Notes under the pieces: model-generated
What the model saw: the letters and a program-made list of their open reading frames with translations, nothing else
Told to the model about the DNA's origin: nothing
The model's database searches: none
Made by a program: the position numbers and the translations under genes
Shown here: piece after piece, positions 45,952 to 56,368 of the stretch
Position numbering within the stretch: position 1 is the first letter of the stretch
Layout: each line of letters starts with the position of its first letter
Virus record (IMG/VR): IMGVR_UViG_3300042549_001260
Coordinates: 1-57,515 of that record
Reading direction: 5' to 3' (one strand)
From: a virus
Taxonomy: Duplodnaviria > Caudoviricetes
DNA length: 57,515 nucleotides

Positions 45952-47925
45952 ATGCCGACAGCATGGGAAACTTTCCCTATTGAGATTAAGGGGGGTCTTG
46001 TTACAAACATCTCTCCTCTCCAGCAGGGTTTGACTGCACCGGGAACAGCCAGACGTTTAACTAACTTTGAGCCGTCCATTGAGGGTGGCTATAAACGTAT
46101 TCTGGGTTACACTAAATTCGATAGCGCCTTTGTCCCACCCTATGGTGAACCTGTCGTACAGGGCAGTGGTCAGACAGGCACAACCCTCATTATTGCAAAC
46201 ATCTTTGAAACCCCAGCCATTGGGAATACCCTTACTGTTGCAGGTGTGACTGGAACTTACACTATTGTTGAAGTTACTTTTAACAGTACCTCTAAGAATG
46301 CCACCCTGACGCTTAGTGCTTCTTTGGCATCCTCCCCTGCAGATAAAGCAGCAGTAACTTTCTCTAATACTCAGAGCCTGATAGAGGGACTCATCTATTA
46401 CCATCAGAGAGCTTTGGTGTCTCGTGGTGGGAATATCTGGGAGTCCGACGGCACTGGTTGGATTAGGATCAATAAACCTGCTTACGGCACTGTGCTCGTG
46501 AATGGTGGGAGCCAGACAGGTACAAGTCTCATCATTGATGGTCTTACTGGAATCCCTCAGATTGGTGACACCTTTACTATAGCGAGCATTGAAAAAGTCT
46601 ACACCATTACAAGCAGTGTCACAGTGACATCTGGTGGGGCAACTCTCACCATTACACCCACACTGGCTTCTTCCCCAGCAAACAACGCTGCAATCACTTT
46701 TCTGAGTACAGACAGGTCTCTCGGTGGTAAGATGCGGTTTGAGCGTTACTCCTTCACCGGGACTTCTACTATTGCTGGTGTCGATGGAACTAATTACCCA
46801 TTCAAGTACGATGGAACTACCTTTACGGCAATGACTGGTGCGCCGTCAGACATCCTTGGTGCCACTCATGTTGCTGAGTTCAAGAATCAACTCTTCTTTG
46901 CAAAAGACAACGCTCTTGTATTCACTGCACCCTACACAGACACTGAATTCTCTGTCGCTCTAGGTTCAGGTGTTATCACTACACCCCACGTAATCACGGG
47001 TCTGATTGTTTTTAGAGAGCAATTGATTATTTTTAGTACTAACCAGATACACAGACTGGTTGGCAACACTATTGGGGACTTTCAACTCCAACCTATTTCA
47101 CTGGACATTGGGTGTGTAAGAACAGACACCATTCAGGAAGTTGGTGGGGACATTGCCTTCCTCGGCCCTGATGGTGTGAGACTACTGAGTGCTACAGATC
47201 GTATCGGTGACTTTGGTCTTGCTGTGTCTTCCCGTCCTATCCAGTCTGAAGTAGAATCTCTCGTTTCAGGAAATACCAGCTTTACTTCTTGCGTGATACG
47301 TGGTAAAAATCAGTACAGAATGTTTGGGTATGCTGCAAGCAAAACATCTGAGACTTCTCTTGGAGTTCTTGCCACTCAGTTTGCAGACCAGACTGCACAG
47401 GGCATGGCTTGGGCCGAAGTGAATGGTATCTTGGCCTACGTTGCAGACAGTATCTACTCCGCTGCAGATGGTTCTGAAACAGTTTTGTTTGCGAATAGAG
47501 ATGGATACACTTACCGAATGGAGTCTGGCAACAGCTTTGATGGTGAGGTTATCCGTGCTCAGTACTTTACCCCACACCTGCCACTCACTGATCCCAGAGT
47601 AAGAAAGACTTTCTACAAACTGACAACATACCTCAACCCAGAAGGTTCTATCTCTGGCACAGTGGCTCCAAGACTAAACTTCGACCAGTCTGGCACAATC
47701 CAACCTCCAACCATTGACCTAGAAAATACGGCAGACAATCCCTTCTTTTATGGTGCTGCTATCTTTGGAACCGCTCAGTATGGTGGAAGACTCACTTACT
47801 CCTTCTCTGCTCAGATGATTGGCTCTGGGCTTACTATCAGTCTCCAGTATGCTTTCGAAAGCATTACACCACCCTTCTCTTTGGATGCTATTACCATAGA
47901 GTACCTTAACAACGACAGGCAGTAA
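45952..47925 (+). CDS. Tail nozzle (tubular protein B / P22 gp10-like)
   Basis: GGL, IGC....IQE.GGD..FL..DG.R; two inserted beta modules. Confidence 0.7.
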   Translation: MPTAWETFPIEIKGGLVTNISPLQQGLTAPGTARRLTNFEPSIEGGYKRILGYTKFDSAFVPPYGEPVVQGSGQTGTTLIIANIFETPAIGNTLTVAGVTGTYTIVEVTFNSTSKNATLTLSASLASSPADKAAVTFSNTQSLIEGLIYYHQRALVSRGGNIWESDGTGWIRINKPAYGTVLVNGGSQTGTSLIIDGLTGIPQIGDTFTIASIEKVYTITSSVTVTSGGATLTITPTLASSPANNAAITFLSTDRSLGGKMRFERYSFTGTSTIAGVDGTNYPFKYDGTTFTAMTGAPSDILGATHVAEFKNQLFFAKDNALVFTAPYTDTEFSVALGSGVITTPHVITGLIVFREQLIIFSTNQIHRLVGNTIGDFQLQPISLDIGCVRTDTIQEVGGDIAFLGPDGVRLLSATDRIGDFGLAVSSRPIQSEVESLVSGNTSFTSCVIRGKNQYRMFGYAASKTSETSLGVLATQFADQTAQGMAWAEVNGILAYVADSIYSAADGSETVLFANRDGYTYRMESGNSFDGEVIRAQYFTPHLPLTDPRVRKTFYKLTTYLNPEGSISGTVAPRLNFDQSGTIQPPTIDLENTADNPFFYGAAIFGTAQYGGRLTYSFSAQMIGSGLTISLQYAFESITPPFSLDAITIEYLNNDRQ

Positions 47926-47926
47926 A

Positions 47927-50440
47927 ATGGCAACAGGCTATATCCGCAACGACACTACAAACAACATTGCCAATGGTAATATTATCAATGCTGCCGATTT
48001 GGATGGTGAGTTCGATGCTATTCAAGCAGCCTACGATGTTACTACTGGTCATGACCATGATGGTACGGTTGGTGGTGGTGCACCCATCAAGGCACTTGGA
48101 CCTGCTCAGGATGTTGTCATCACAACCTCAGTGGTTCGCCCCAAGACTGACAATACGGTTGACTTGGGCACCTCTACGTTGGAGTTCAAAGACCTCTATC
48201 TGGATGGCACTGCCAAAGTAGACACACTGACTGTTGACGAGAATGCCTCTGTCACTGGCACTCTGAATGTCACTGGCACAACAACCCTCGGTACCGTAAA
48301 CGTCACTACTATTGATACTACAAACCTTGAAGTCACTAACCTGAAAGCTAAAGATGGTACTGCTGCAGGCTCCATTGCTGACTCAACAGGTGTGGTCACT
48401 CTGGCTTCTTCAGTTCTGACTACCGCAGACATTAATGGTGGTACTGTTGATGGTGCTGTTATTGGTGGGGCATCTGCTGCTGCTGGTACCTTCACCACTG
48501 CTACAGCCACTACGGGCAACATTACGACCGTCAATGCTACTACCGTTGACACTACTAATATTGAAGTCACTAATATCAAAGCCAAGGATGGCACAGCATC
48601 AGCCACTATTGCTGACACTACTGGTGTTATGACTGTTGCTTCTCTTGTTGCTACCACTGCAGACATCAATGGGGGTACGGTTGATAACGCTACCATTGCT
48701 ACCTCTGACATCACTGTAGGGGCAGGCAAAACACTCAATGTGTCTGCAGGAACCCTGACCCTTGCTGATAATCAGATCAGTGGTGATAAGGTTGAGGGTG
48801 GCACAATTAATGCTATCACCATCAACACCCTTGGTTCTACTACAGGCAACATCACTACGGTGAATGCTACTACCGTTGATACGACCAACATCGAAGTAAC
48901 TAACATCAAGGCCAAGGATGGCACCGCAGCAGGCTCCATTGCAGACAGCACGGGCGTAGTTACGCTGGCCTCTTCTGTGTTGACCACAACGGACATCAAC
49001 GGTGGTACGATTGATGGTACTACGATTGGTGGTTCTTCTGCTGGCGCTGGCACCTTTACTACCGCTACCGCCACTACGGGCAACATCACCACAGTCAACG
49101 CCACGACCGTGGACACCACCAACATTGAAGTCACCACCATCAAGGCTAAGGATGGCACCTCTGCGGGTTCGATTGCGGACTCGACGGGCGTAGTCACTCT
49201 GGCTTCTTCTGTGTTGACAACGACTGACATCAACGGCGGCACTGTTGATGGTGCTGTTATTGGTGGGGCATCTGCTGCTGCTGGTACCTTCACCACGGTG
49301 ACTGCTTCTGGCGATTTGACCATCCCCGACAAGATCGTCCATTCCGGAGACACCAACACCGCCATTCGCTTCCCTGCGGCTGATACCGTGACGATTGAGA
49401 CGAGTGGCACCGAGCGCATGAGGATTACCTCTGCGGGTAACGTAGGTATCGGAACTACCTCCCCCTCCAATCTGCTTACGGTAAAGTCCGCCACCACGTC
49501 AGCGGCGGCGTGGTTTCAGACTACAGGGGCGTCCGACCAGACAATAACCCTCGGTGATCCAGATATTATTGCCAACGATTGCGGCGTATACGGAAGAACG
49601 ACCGGGAGCTTCGTGTTTCAGAACTCTGGTGGGGCGTTTGTCTGGAAGTACGCAAGCGGCACTGAGCGCATGCGGATCGACACATCAGGCAACGTGGGGA
49701 TTGGAACGAGTTCTCCTACAACTGCGCTTGACGTGAACGGTAACGTAACGATCACGGATAAGATCATCCATTCCGGAGACACCAACACTGCGATCCGTTT
49801 CCCTGCGGCTGATACCGTGACGGTGGAGACGGATGGGGCTGAGCGGCTTCGGGTCACTAGCACGGGCAACGTAGGGATTGGGACGACGACCCCTGCCGGA
49901 CTCCTTGAGGTCTTTGACGTTCTCACCGTCCCCGCCAGAAACACCACGACCATTGCCAGCAAGCGCGGCCTGTCTATCTACAACAACCAGTCCGCTGGCT
50001 CTGTGGATACCACCCTTGTCTACGGCAATACGGCGGCCGCTTACCTTGCCATCGGCAACCACAACGGGACCAGCTACGCTGAGCGCATGAGGATCACCCC
50101 TGCGGGCAACGTGCTAATCGGTGGAACCGCAACCCCTGCATCCGCTACGGCATCCTTGGCGATCTTCAACGGGACTGCACCGACCGGATCGGTCACAAAT
50201 GGTGTCGTTCTTTATGCCGAGGACGTGTCGTCTAGCAGCGAACTGAAGGTCCGAGATGAAGCGGGCAACGTTACCACCCTGTCGCCCCACAACTTCGACC
50301 TAATCCCGGAAGGCCCGTCTGAAGATATGGCGTGGTCTTACTACTCAGAGCGTGACGGCAAGCGCATCAACGTGGATATGCTCAAGGCGATCCGCTTGCT
50401 GGAAAGCATCACTGGTGAGAAACTGGTGCATATCGTTTAA
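47927..50440 (+). CDS. Tail fibre
   Basis: N-terminal anchor (EFDAI...GHDHDG), 78-aa Thr-rich repeats, four ERMRI..GNV repeats. Confidence 0.88.
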   Translation: MATGYIRNDTTNNIANGNIINAADLDGEFDAIQAAYDVTTGHDHDGTVGGGAPIKALGPAQDVVITTSVVRPKTDNTVDLGTSTLEFKDLYLDGTAKVDTLTVDENASVTGTLNVTGTTTLGTVNVTTIDTTNLEVTNLKAKDGTAAGSIADSTGVVTLASSVLTTADINGGTVDGAVIGGASAAAGTFTTATATTGNITTVNATTVDTTNIEVTNIKAKDGTASATIADTTGVMTVASLVATTADINGGTVDNATIATSDITVGAGKTLNVSAGTLTLADNQISGDKVEGGTINAITINTLGSTTGNITTVNATTVDTTNIEVTNIKAKDGTAAGSIADSTGVVTLASSVLTTTDINGGTIDGTTIGGSSAGAGTFTTATATTGNITTVNATTVDTTNIEVTTIKAKDGTSAGSIADSTGVVTLASSVLTTTDINGGTVDGAVIGGASAAAGTFTTVTASGDLTIPDKIVHSGDTNTAIRFPAADTVTIETSGTERMRITSAGNVGIGTTSPSNLLTVKSATTSAAAWFQTTGASDQTITLGDPDIIANDCGVYGRTTGSFVFQNSGGAFVWKYASGTERMRIDTSGNVGIGTSSPTTALDVNGNVTITDKIIHSGDTNTAIRFPAADTVTVETDGAERLRVTSTGNVGIGTTTPAGLLEVFDVLTVPARNTTTIASKRGLSIYNNQSAGSVDTTLVYGNTAAAYLAIGNHNGTSYAERMRITPAGNVLIGGTATPASATASLAIFNGTAPTGSVTNGVVLYAEDVSSSSELKVRDEAGNVTTLSPHNFDLIPEGPSEDMAWSYYSERDGKRINVDMLKAIRLLESITGEKLVHIV

Positions 50441-50466
50441 CCCCCAACCCCGAAAGGAGGATCAAG

Positions 50467-50679
50467 ATGGCCGAGAAAAAACCATTCGTCATCACGATCG
50501 ACAACAAAGACTACACTGAGGACCAACTGAACGATCAGCAGAAGGTTCTCATCAACCACATTGCTGATCTGGACCGCAAGATGGGTTCTGCTCAGTTCAA
50601 CCTAGACCAACTGCGTGTGGGCCGTGATGCCTTCGTCAATATGCTTACCGCCTCGCTGGCACAAGGAGAAACCGAATGA
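50467..50679 (+). CDS. Fibre-associated small protein (chaperone-like)
   Basis: ITID.K.Y....L, coiled coil; follows the fibre gene. Confidence 0.6.
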   Translation: MAEKKPFVITIDNKDYTEDQLNDQQKVLINHIADLDRKMGSAQFNLDQLRVGRDAFVNMLTASLAQGETE

Positions 50680-50978
50680 CCGCCACTATCACTTGGGCCA
50701 TCGCCCAGCTTGACCGCAATGCCACGGATGGTGGTGTGACGGTTGCCCACTGGACTGTTTCTGCCGTTGATGGGGACCACAGTGCCTCGTCCTATGGCAC
50801 CGCAGGCTTCACTCCTGACGCCACCGCACCGGGCTTCAAGCCCTATGACCAACTCACCGAAGCTGATGTTCTGGCATGGGTCTGGGGATCAGTGGACAAG
50901 GCTGAGACGGAAGCTGCCCTGCAGAGCCAGATTGATGCTCAGAAAGCTCCTACCACCCTGACAGGGACACCTTGGTAA
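50676..50978 (+). CDS. Fibre-associated small protein
   Basis: F.PY..LTE..VL.W ... PW C-terminus. Confidence 0.65.
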   Translation: MTATITWAIAQLDRNATDGGVTVAHWTVSAVDGDHSASSYGTAGFTPDATAPGFKPYDQLTEADVLAWVWGSVDKAETEAALQSQIDAQKAPTTLTGTPW

Positions 50979-50983
50979 AGTAC

Positions 50984-51012
50984 TTGTAATAGGTTACGAT
51001 TTATAGTACAAT
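50984..51012 (+). promoter_or_regulatory. Promoter for the internal virion protein genes
   Basis: TTGTAA-N17-TACAAT. Confidence 0.55.
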
Positions 51013-51036
51013 AGAAGAATAAACTGGAGAGCCTCT

Positions 51037-54000
51037 GTGGATTTCGATACCAATCAAAAATATAGCCTACTCTCTAAGATGGGTTACAATGGTCCTGCAG
51101 AAGGTCCAGCCATGGAGGCTTTCATCCAATCCAGTCCGGGTGTAGCTGCTCGTATGGGCAAGTTCTCTCGTGCTCTCCAGAAGCGTACTAGCACAACTAC
51201 TGGCGGCATGGCTGCGGGTGGTCAGGTCTCTGGGTATGCTGCTGGTGGATTTGTCGTTAAGGGGCCTGTTGGGAAGGATGGTCAATATCAAGTCCTAGAT
51301 TCAAGTGGTAAAGTTGTGGCAACACACCCCAACAAAGCTACGGCTGATGCAGATGTTAAAAAAAGAAATACTCCCACTACACCTGCAGTTAAGCCTGTAG
51401 CTACTGCTGCCCCTGCAACTACTGCTAAACCTACTACATCTAGTTTTCTATCCAGCCTTCTATCTAAACCTGTAGCTACCCCTACTGCTACCCCTACTGC
51501 TGCCTCTGTAGCTAAACCTGTGGCTGCTCCTGCAGTAACTCCTACTGCTGCTCCTGTAGCTAAACCTGTGGCTGCTCCTGTAGCTAAACCTGTGGCTGCT
51601 CCTGTAGCTAAACCTGCTGCTGCTAAGCCTACGGAGATTGTGGTCGGTTTTAGAGAGGTAGACAAAGGTTTTATTCCCATTCTGCAGAATACTACTACCG
51701 GAGTAAAGAGCGAAGGGCCTCGTCAGGGCACCCAACCCATTGTAACTGCAGCACCCACTACTCCTGCTACTTCCACCGCTGCCCCTGCAGTTAAGCCTGT
51801 AACTACCCCTACTACACCTGCAGTTAAACCCCCCACAACCCCACCTGTAGTAACTCCTAACCCTGCTGCTGTAGTTAAACCTGTGACTGCTGCCCCTGCA
51901 AAGAGTGGTGGGACAGTCCTATCAGAAGCTTTGATTAAAGACCCTACCTCTCTCACCACTGAGGCTGACGTAGCAAAGATTGCAGTAACTCCTGAAACCC
52001 TGATTGCTCCGGGTGCGGGTCAAGTCACGGATCAAACGACAGCCACTACTACTGCTGCTCCTGCGGCTGCACAGGCTGCTACTGTCACGCCAACTCCCGC
52101 CTCAATCATGCAGGCTACTCAGGTTGGGGCTGCAGTTAAAAAAGTTGCAGAAGGGACCGATGCTGCTACCGGAAAAGTCTCTGACGAAGTGACTGCACAG
52201 ACAATGGATGCTAAACAACTGGCTTCCCTTGGCCTCTCTGCACCCCAGATTAACCAGATTCGTCAGGTGCTAGATACTGGCGACATGAAAGTGACTCCTG
52301 ACCAGTTAGCTCAGGCTGCTACTCTCGCAAGTCAGGGTATGTCCCTCCCCGAGGCTATTGCTCAGGTTACTGGTCAGGCTAGGGATGTTGTTGCAGCAAA
52401 GTTCTCTGCTAAGACCCCCACTGCTCAGGCTGTCACTGACTACCAGATGGGTCAGATTGGTGTTGCCGAGGGTAAAGTTGCACAAGAAGAACTTGCCAAG
52501 GTTGCTGGTAAGGATCAGACTGCTGCTCAGGCCGTTGCTCAACAAACCCTTTTTACTGCAAAAGAAGCCTTCTCCAAGGGTCAGATCACTGCAGACCAGC
52601 TTGCCAAGGCTCAGACCGAGTATGATAAAATCACTACCCAGATTGCAGAGGGTCAAGTAGGGTCGAAAGAACTTGTTGCTGCAAAAGGTCTCGGCCTCAG
52701 TGCAGAGCAGGCTGCTAGTGTACAAGCTGACTATGCAGGAACTCTTGAGGCTGCTCAGGGTAAGGTTGAGGCTGGCGAACTGATTGATGCTAAGACTTCT
52801 TACAACCTTCCCCCGACTCAGGCTGCTACTCTCAACGAGACTGTGGTCCAAGATGCGGCAAAGGCTGGAGAGTTCCCAACTGCTGAGGCTGCTAAGAGTT
52901 CCTTCCAGCAAACCCTGCAGGCTGCTCAGGGCAAGGTTGGTGCTACCGAACTGGTGAATGCCAAGGATATTGTTCAGGCTGAACAGGCTGTGCAAGCAGT
53001 GGCTGCTACCATGACTGCACTCAACTCTGCTTCTGTCGCTGTAGCCCAGACGGGTACACTCTCTCAGGCTGCTCTGGCTAAGGCTGAACTGGGCACTGTC
53101 CCTCCCTCTGCTACTGTATCCGGTCAGATGTCCAAGCTGATGGAACAGTTCAACAACGGCACCCCTGCGTGGGCTGCTGGTGCTATCCGTGCGGCTAATG
53201 CTGCTATGGCTGCTCGTGGTATCGGTGGTAGCTCTATGGCTGGTGCTGCTATTGTTCAGGCTGCTATGGAGGCTGCAACCCCTATCGCCGCTCAGGATGC
53301 TCAGGCATTCATGCAGATGGAGATGTCTAACGTAGACAGGCGTCAACAGGTCTCTCTGGCCAATGCTGCTGCACAACAGGGTATGGAACTCACCAACCTG
53401 AATAACCGTCAACAGGCTGCTCTGCAGAATAGCACTAACTCCTTTGCTCTTCAGTCCCAGAACCTGTCCAACCAGCAGTCTGTGGTCCTAGCCAATGCTC
53501 AGATGAAGGCTGCTCTTCAGGGTCAGGCTTTGGGTATTGTTGCTCAGTCAGCAATCACAAATGCTGCACGTTATGCAGAAGTCAACAACATCAACTTGAA
53601 TAATGAACAGCAGGTTCTTCTGCAGCGTAGTGCTCAGGCTCTCCAAGTTGAACTGACTAACCTTGATGCTACCCAACAGACTGCCCTTGCCAACCTTCAG
53701 GTTCAGGCTGCACTCCGTGGCCAAGAGTTGACTGGTGAACAGCAGGTTGCAATGCTTAAGTCCACTCAGGCCTTCCAGTCTGCAGAGTTTGGTGCCAATG
53801 CTAAGCAACAAGCATTCCTGCAGGATGCTGCTGCACGTCTTGCCCTTGAGGGTAAGGTGATGGACATCACTCAGCAGACGGCCATGTTTAACGCAAGTCG
53901 TATTGCCTCTGTCAACGATGTAAACTTGACAAATGAACAACAGGTTCTTCTACAGAGAAGCTCAGAAAATCTGCAGGTTGACTTGGCCAACTTGTCCTCC

Positions 54001-55572
54001 TCACAGCAAACTGCCTTGGCTAACGCTCAGTTGAGAGCTACTCTGCAGGGTCAAATCCTGACGAATGAACAGCAGGCTGCGGTACTCAATGCTGCTCGTT
54101 ATGCTGAGTCTAATAACTTGAACCTGTCAAACCGTCAGCAGGCCTTCATTCAGGACGCTAACATTCGGGCATCTCTAACAGGTCAAGTATTGTCTAACCA
54201 ACAGCAGGCAGCACTGTACAATGTCTCTCGCATTGCTGAGGTGCAGGACATCAACATCACCAATGAGCAGCAAGCTCTGATCCTGAAGTCTACACAGTCT
54301 TTGGAAGTAGACTTGACCAACGTCAATAACCGTCAGCAGTCTGCACTGGCTAACGCTCAACTTCGTGCATCCTTGCAGGGACAAGTTCTTGGTAATGAGC
54401 AGCAGGTTGCCATCCTCAATGCAGAGCGTTATGCAGAGGTCAATAATATTAACTTGAACAACAAGCAGCAGGCCTTCGTTCAAGACTTTGTTGCACGGAC
54501 GACGATGGAAGGTAAGGTGTTGGATAATCGTCAGCAGACTGCCATCTTCAACGTAGCTAATCAAATCCAAGAGCGTGGTGTTGAGCTTGATAATGAGCAG
54601 CAGACTCGCCTCTTCAACATGTCAAATACCGTTAATGTCGATCTGGCTAACCTGAGCAATCGTCAACAGACTGCTCTTGCTAATGCTCAGATTGAGGCTG
54701 CTATCCGTGGTCAGGAGTTGACAAATGCTCAGCAGACTGGTACACTGAATGCTGCCCGTATCGGTGAGATTGCTAACCTTAACTTTACTGCAGACCAGCA
54801 GAGAGCTATGGAGAATGCAAGGCTGGCACAGACTGTTGATATTGAGAACCTGAACTCTCGCTCTGCTAAGGTTCTTGCCGATGCTGCTGCTATGGCCAAT
54901 GTTGACATCACTAACTTGAATAACCGTCAGCAGGCTCAGGTCCAGAACGCTCAGAACTTCTTGCAGATGGACCTCGCTAATCTCGATAATGAACAACAGA
55001 CTGCAATCTTTACGAGCCAGTCAGTCATCAACGGGATGCTTTCGGATCAGGCTGCTGTCAATGCTGCTGCACAGTTCAATGCTGCCAGTAAGAACCAGAC
55101 TGACCAGTTCTTTGCTGATATGTCGTCCAATATCTCTAGATTCAATACTGAACAGAAGAACGCAATCAACCAGTTCAATGCTGGTGAGACCAACGCTACT
55201 TCCCGTTTCAATGCTCAGATCGAAGCTGCTAGGGACCAGTTCAATGCCAACAACTCTCTGGTGATTGCTCAGGCCAATGCTGTCTGGAGACAGAATGTTT
55301 CTACTGTGGACACTTCTGCACAGAATGAAGCCAACATGGAAGCCGCCCGTACTGAGAATGCTTTGACAGCCAAGGCCCTTGACCAGATTTGGCAGAAGGA
55401 GAGGGATGTTCTTGCGTATGCCTTTACTGCTCTTGAGTCTGAGAAGGATCGTGCGGTTGAACTCCTGCTTGGGGACAAGAGGGAAGAACTCACTAAGTGG
55501 GAAGCATCTCAGGCTGAGAAGGGTGCAAAAGCAGAACTACTTGTACGTGCCATCTTTGGAGGCTGGGGATAA
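51037..55572 (+). CDS. Large repetitive internal virion protein, 1511 aa
   Basis: Pro/Ala/Thr linker, Ala/Gln repeats, C-terminal 22-aa periodic QQ/N repeats. Confidence 0.7.
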   Translation: MDFDTNQKYSLLSKMGYNGPAEGPAMEAFIQSSPGVAARMGKFSRALQKRTSTTTGGMAAGGQVSGYAAGGFVVKGPVGKDGQYQVLDSSGKVVATHPNKATADADVKKRNTPTTPAVKPVATAAPATTAKPTTSSFLSSLLSKPVATPTATPTAASVAKPVAAPAVTPTAAPVAKPVAAPVAKPVAAPVAKPAAAKPTEIVVGFREVDKGFIPILQNTTTGVKSEGPRQGTQPIVTAAPTTPATSTAAPAVKPVTTPTTPAVKPPTTPPVVTPNPAAVVKPVTAAPAKSGGTVLSEALIKDPTSLTTEADVAKIAVTPETLIAPGAGQVTDQTTATTTAAPAAAQAATVTPTPASIMQATQVGAAVKKVAEGTDAATGKVSDEVTAQTMDAKQLASLGLSAPQINQIRQVLDTGDMKVTPDQLAQAATLASQGMSLPEAIAQVTGQARDVVAAKFSAKTPTAQAVTDYQMGQIGVAEGKVAQEELAKVAGKDQTAAQAVAQQTLFTAKEAFSKGQITADQLAKAQTEYDKITTQIAEGQVGSKELVAAKGLGLSAEQAASVQADYAGTLEAAQGKVEAGELIDAKTSYNLPPTQAATLNETVVQDAAKAGEFPTAEAAKSSFQQTLQAAQGKVGATELVNAKDIVQAEQAVQAVAATMTALNSASVAVAQTGTLSQAALAKAELGTVPPSATVSGQMSKLMEQFNNGTPAWAAGAIRAANAAMAARGIGGSSMAGAAIVQAAMEAATPIAAQDAQAFMQMEMSNVDRRQQVSLANAAAQQGMELTNLNNRQQAALQNSTNSFALQSQNLSNQQSVVLANAQMKAALQGQALGIVAQSAITNAARYAEVNNINLNNEQQVLLQRSAQALQVELTNLDATQQTALANLQVQAALRGQELTGEQQVAMLKSTQAFQSAEFGANAKQQAFLQDAAARLALEGKVMDITQQTAMFNASRIASVNDVNLTNEQQVLLQRSSENLQVDLANLSSSQQTALANAQLRATLQGQILTNEQQAAVLNAARYAESNNLNLSNRQQAFIQDANIRASLTGQVLSNQQQAALYNVSRIAEVQDINITNEQQALILKSTQSLEVDLTNVNNRQQSALANAQLRASLQGQVLGNEQQVAILNAERYAEVNNINLNNKQQAFVQDFVARTTMEGKVLDNRQQTAIFNVANQIQERGVELDNEQQTRLFNMSNTVNVDLANLSNRQQTALANAQIEAAIRGQELTNAQQTGTLNAARIGEIANLNFTADQQRAMENARLAQTVDIENLNSRSAKVLADAAAMANVDITNLNNRQQAQVQNAQNFLQMDLANLDNEQQTAIFTSQSVINGMLSDQAAVNAAAQFNAASKNQTDQFFADMSSNISRFNTEQKNAINQFNAGETNATSRFNAQIEAARDQFNANNSLVIAQANAVWRQNVSTVDTSAQNEANMEAARTENALTAKALDQIWQKERDVLAYAFTALESEKDRAVELLLGDKREELTKWEASQAEKGAKAELLVRAIFGGWG
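51547..51616 (+). repeat. 24-bp coding tandem repeat (AAPVAKPV, ~3 copies)
   Basis: gctgctcctgtagctaaacctgtg units at 51547, 51571, 51595. Confidence 0.9.
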
Positions 55573-56354
55573 TGAAGTACGCTAAGAACTACCTTAATAC
55601 TGCAAGTCTTGCAGACCGTATCAGCGAGTCAGTTTCAGAAGGTAAGTCCCTGAAAGCTGCTGGCGGTCTTGGTGCACGTGAAGAAAGAAAGAAGGCCCGT
55701 CTTGAGGGTGATGCAGACTTCGAGACCATTCGTGCTGGCTACTTCAACGACATCAGAAATATGTTCTCAGATGTAATCCCTGTTGCAGAAAAAGAAAAGC
55801 TCCCGCCTGTTGAGGCCATCTCCTCAGACGAGTCTATGAGGTTTCCGGGGGAGGGGGACTACGTAGGTTACCAGAGGTCGTATTCTGCTTATGCTTCTGA
55901 AGATGCTGATCGTATCAAAGGTAAACTGGTCGCAAGAGGTATGCCAGAGCATGTCGCAGAAGGCTTTGTGATGAACTTTGCTGATGAGAGTAATCTAGAC
56001 CCCCTTATCAATGAAGAGAACCCTACCGTCAAAGGCTCTCGTGGTGGTTTTGGTCTGTACCAACTGACTGGTCCCCGTAGAGTTGCGTATGAGGAGTTTG
56101 CTGAGCGTCAGGGTATCGACCCCACTAACCCAATGGAACAAGAGGATGCCCAGCTTAGCTTTCTGTATCAAGAAATCCAAGGTAAAGAAAAAGAAGCTTG
56201 GAACACCATTCAGACTGCAAACAATGCTGGAACTGCTGCGGCATACGTTGCAAAGTACTTCCTGAGACCTGCAGAAGAGCACCTGAACGCTCGAATTAAA
56301 AAATACACAGGGCGTCCTGTAGACTACACGATTAAACCTAAGTCACGTCCGTAA
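55572..56354 (+). CDS. Virion-associated lysozyme (phage tail lysozyme-like)
   Basis: N...ES.LDP..NE, GFGLYQLTGPRR, Q..F...E, F.RP. Confidence 0.85.
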   Translation: MKYAKNYLNTASLADRISESVSEGKSLKAAGGLGAREERKKARLEGDADFETIRAGYFNDIRNMFSDVIPVAEKEKLPPVEAISSDESMRFPGEGDYVGYQRSYSAYASEDADRIKGKLVARGMPEHVAEGFVMNFADESNLDPLINEENPTVKGSRGGFGLYQLTGPRRVAYEEFAERQGIDPTNPMEQEDAQLSFLYQEIQGKEKEAWNTIQTANNAGTAAAYVAKYFLRPAEEHLNARIKKYTGRPVDYTIKPKSRP

Positions 56355-56368
56355 AGAGAAGCACGATA

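Noticed and set aside
47927-50440. Diversity-generating retroelement acting on the fibre repeats
   Set aside because: No reverse transcriptase seen; differences between repeats are not adenine-specific and all copies are coding
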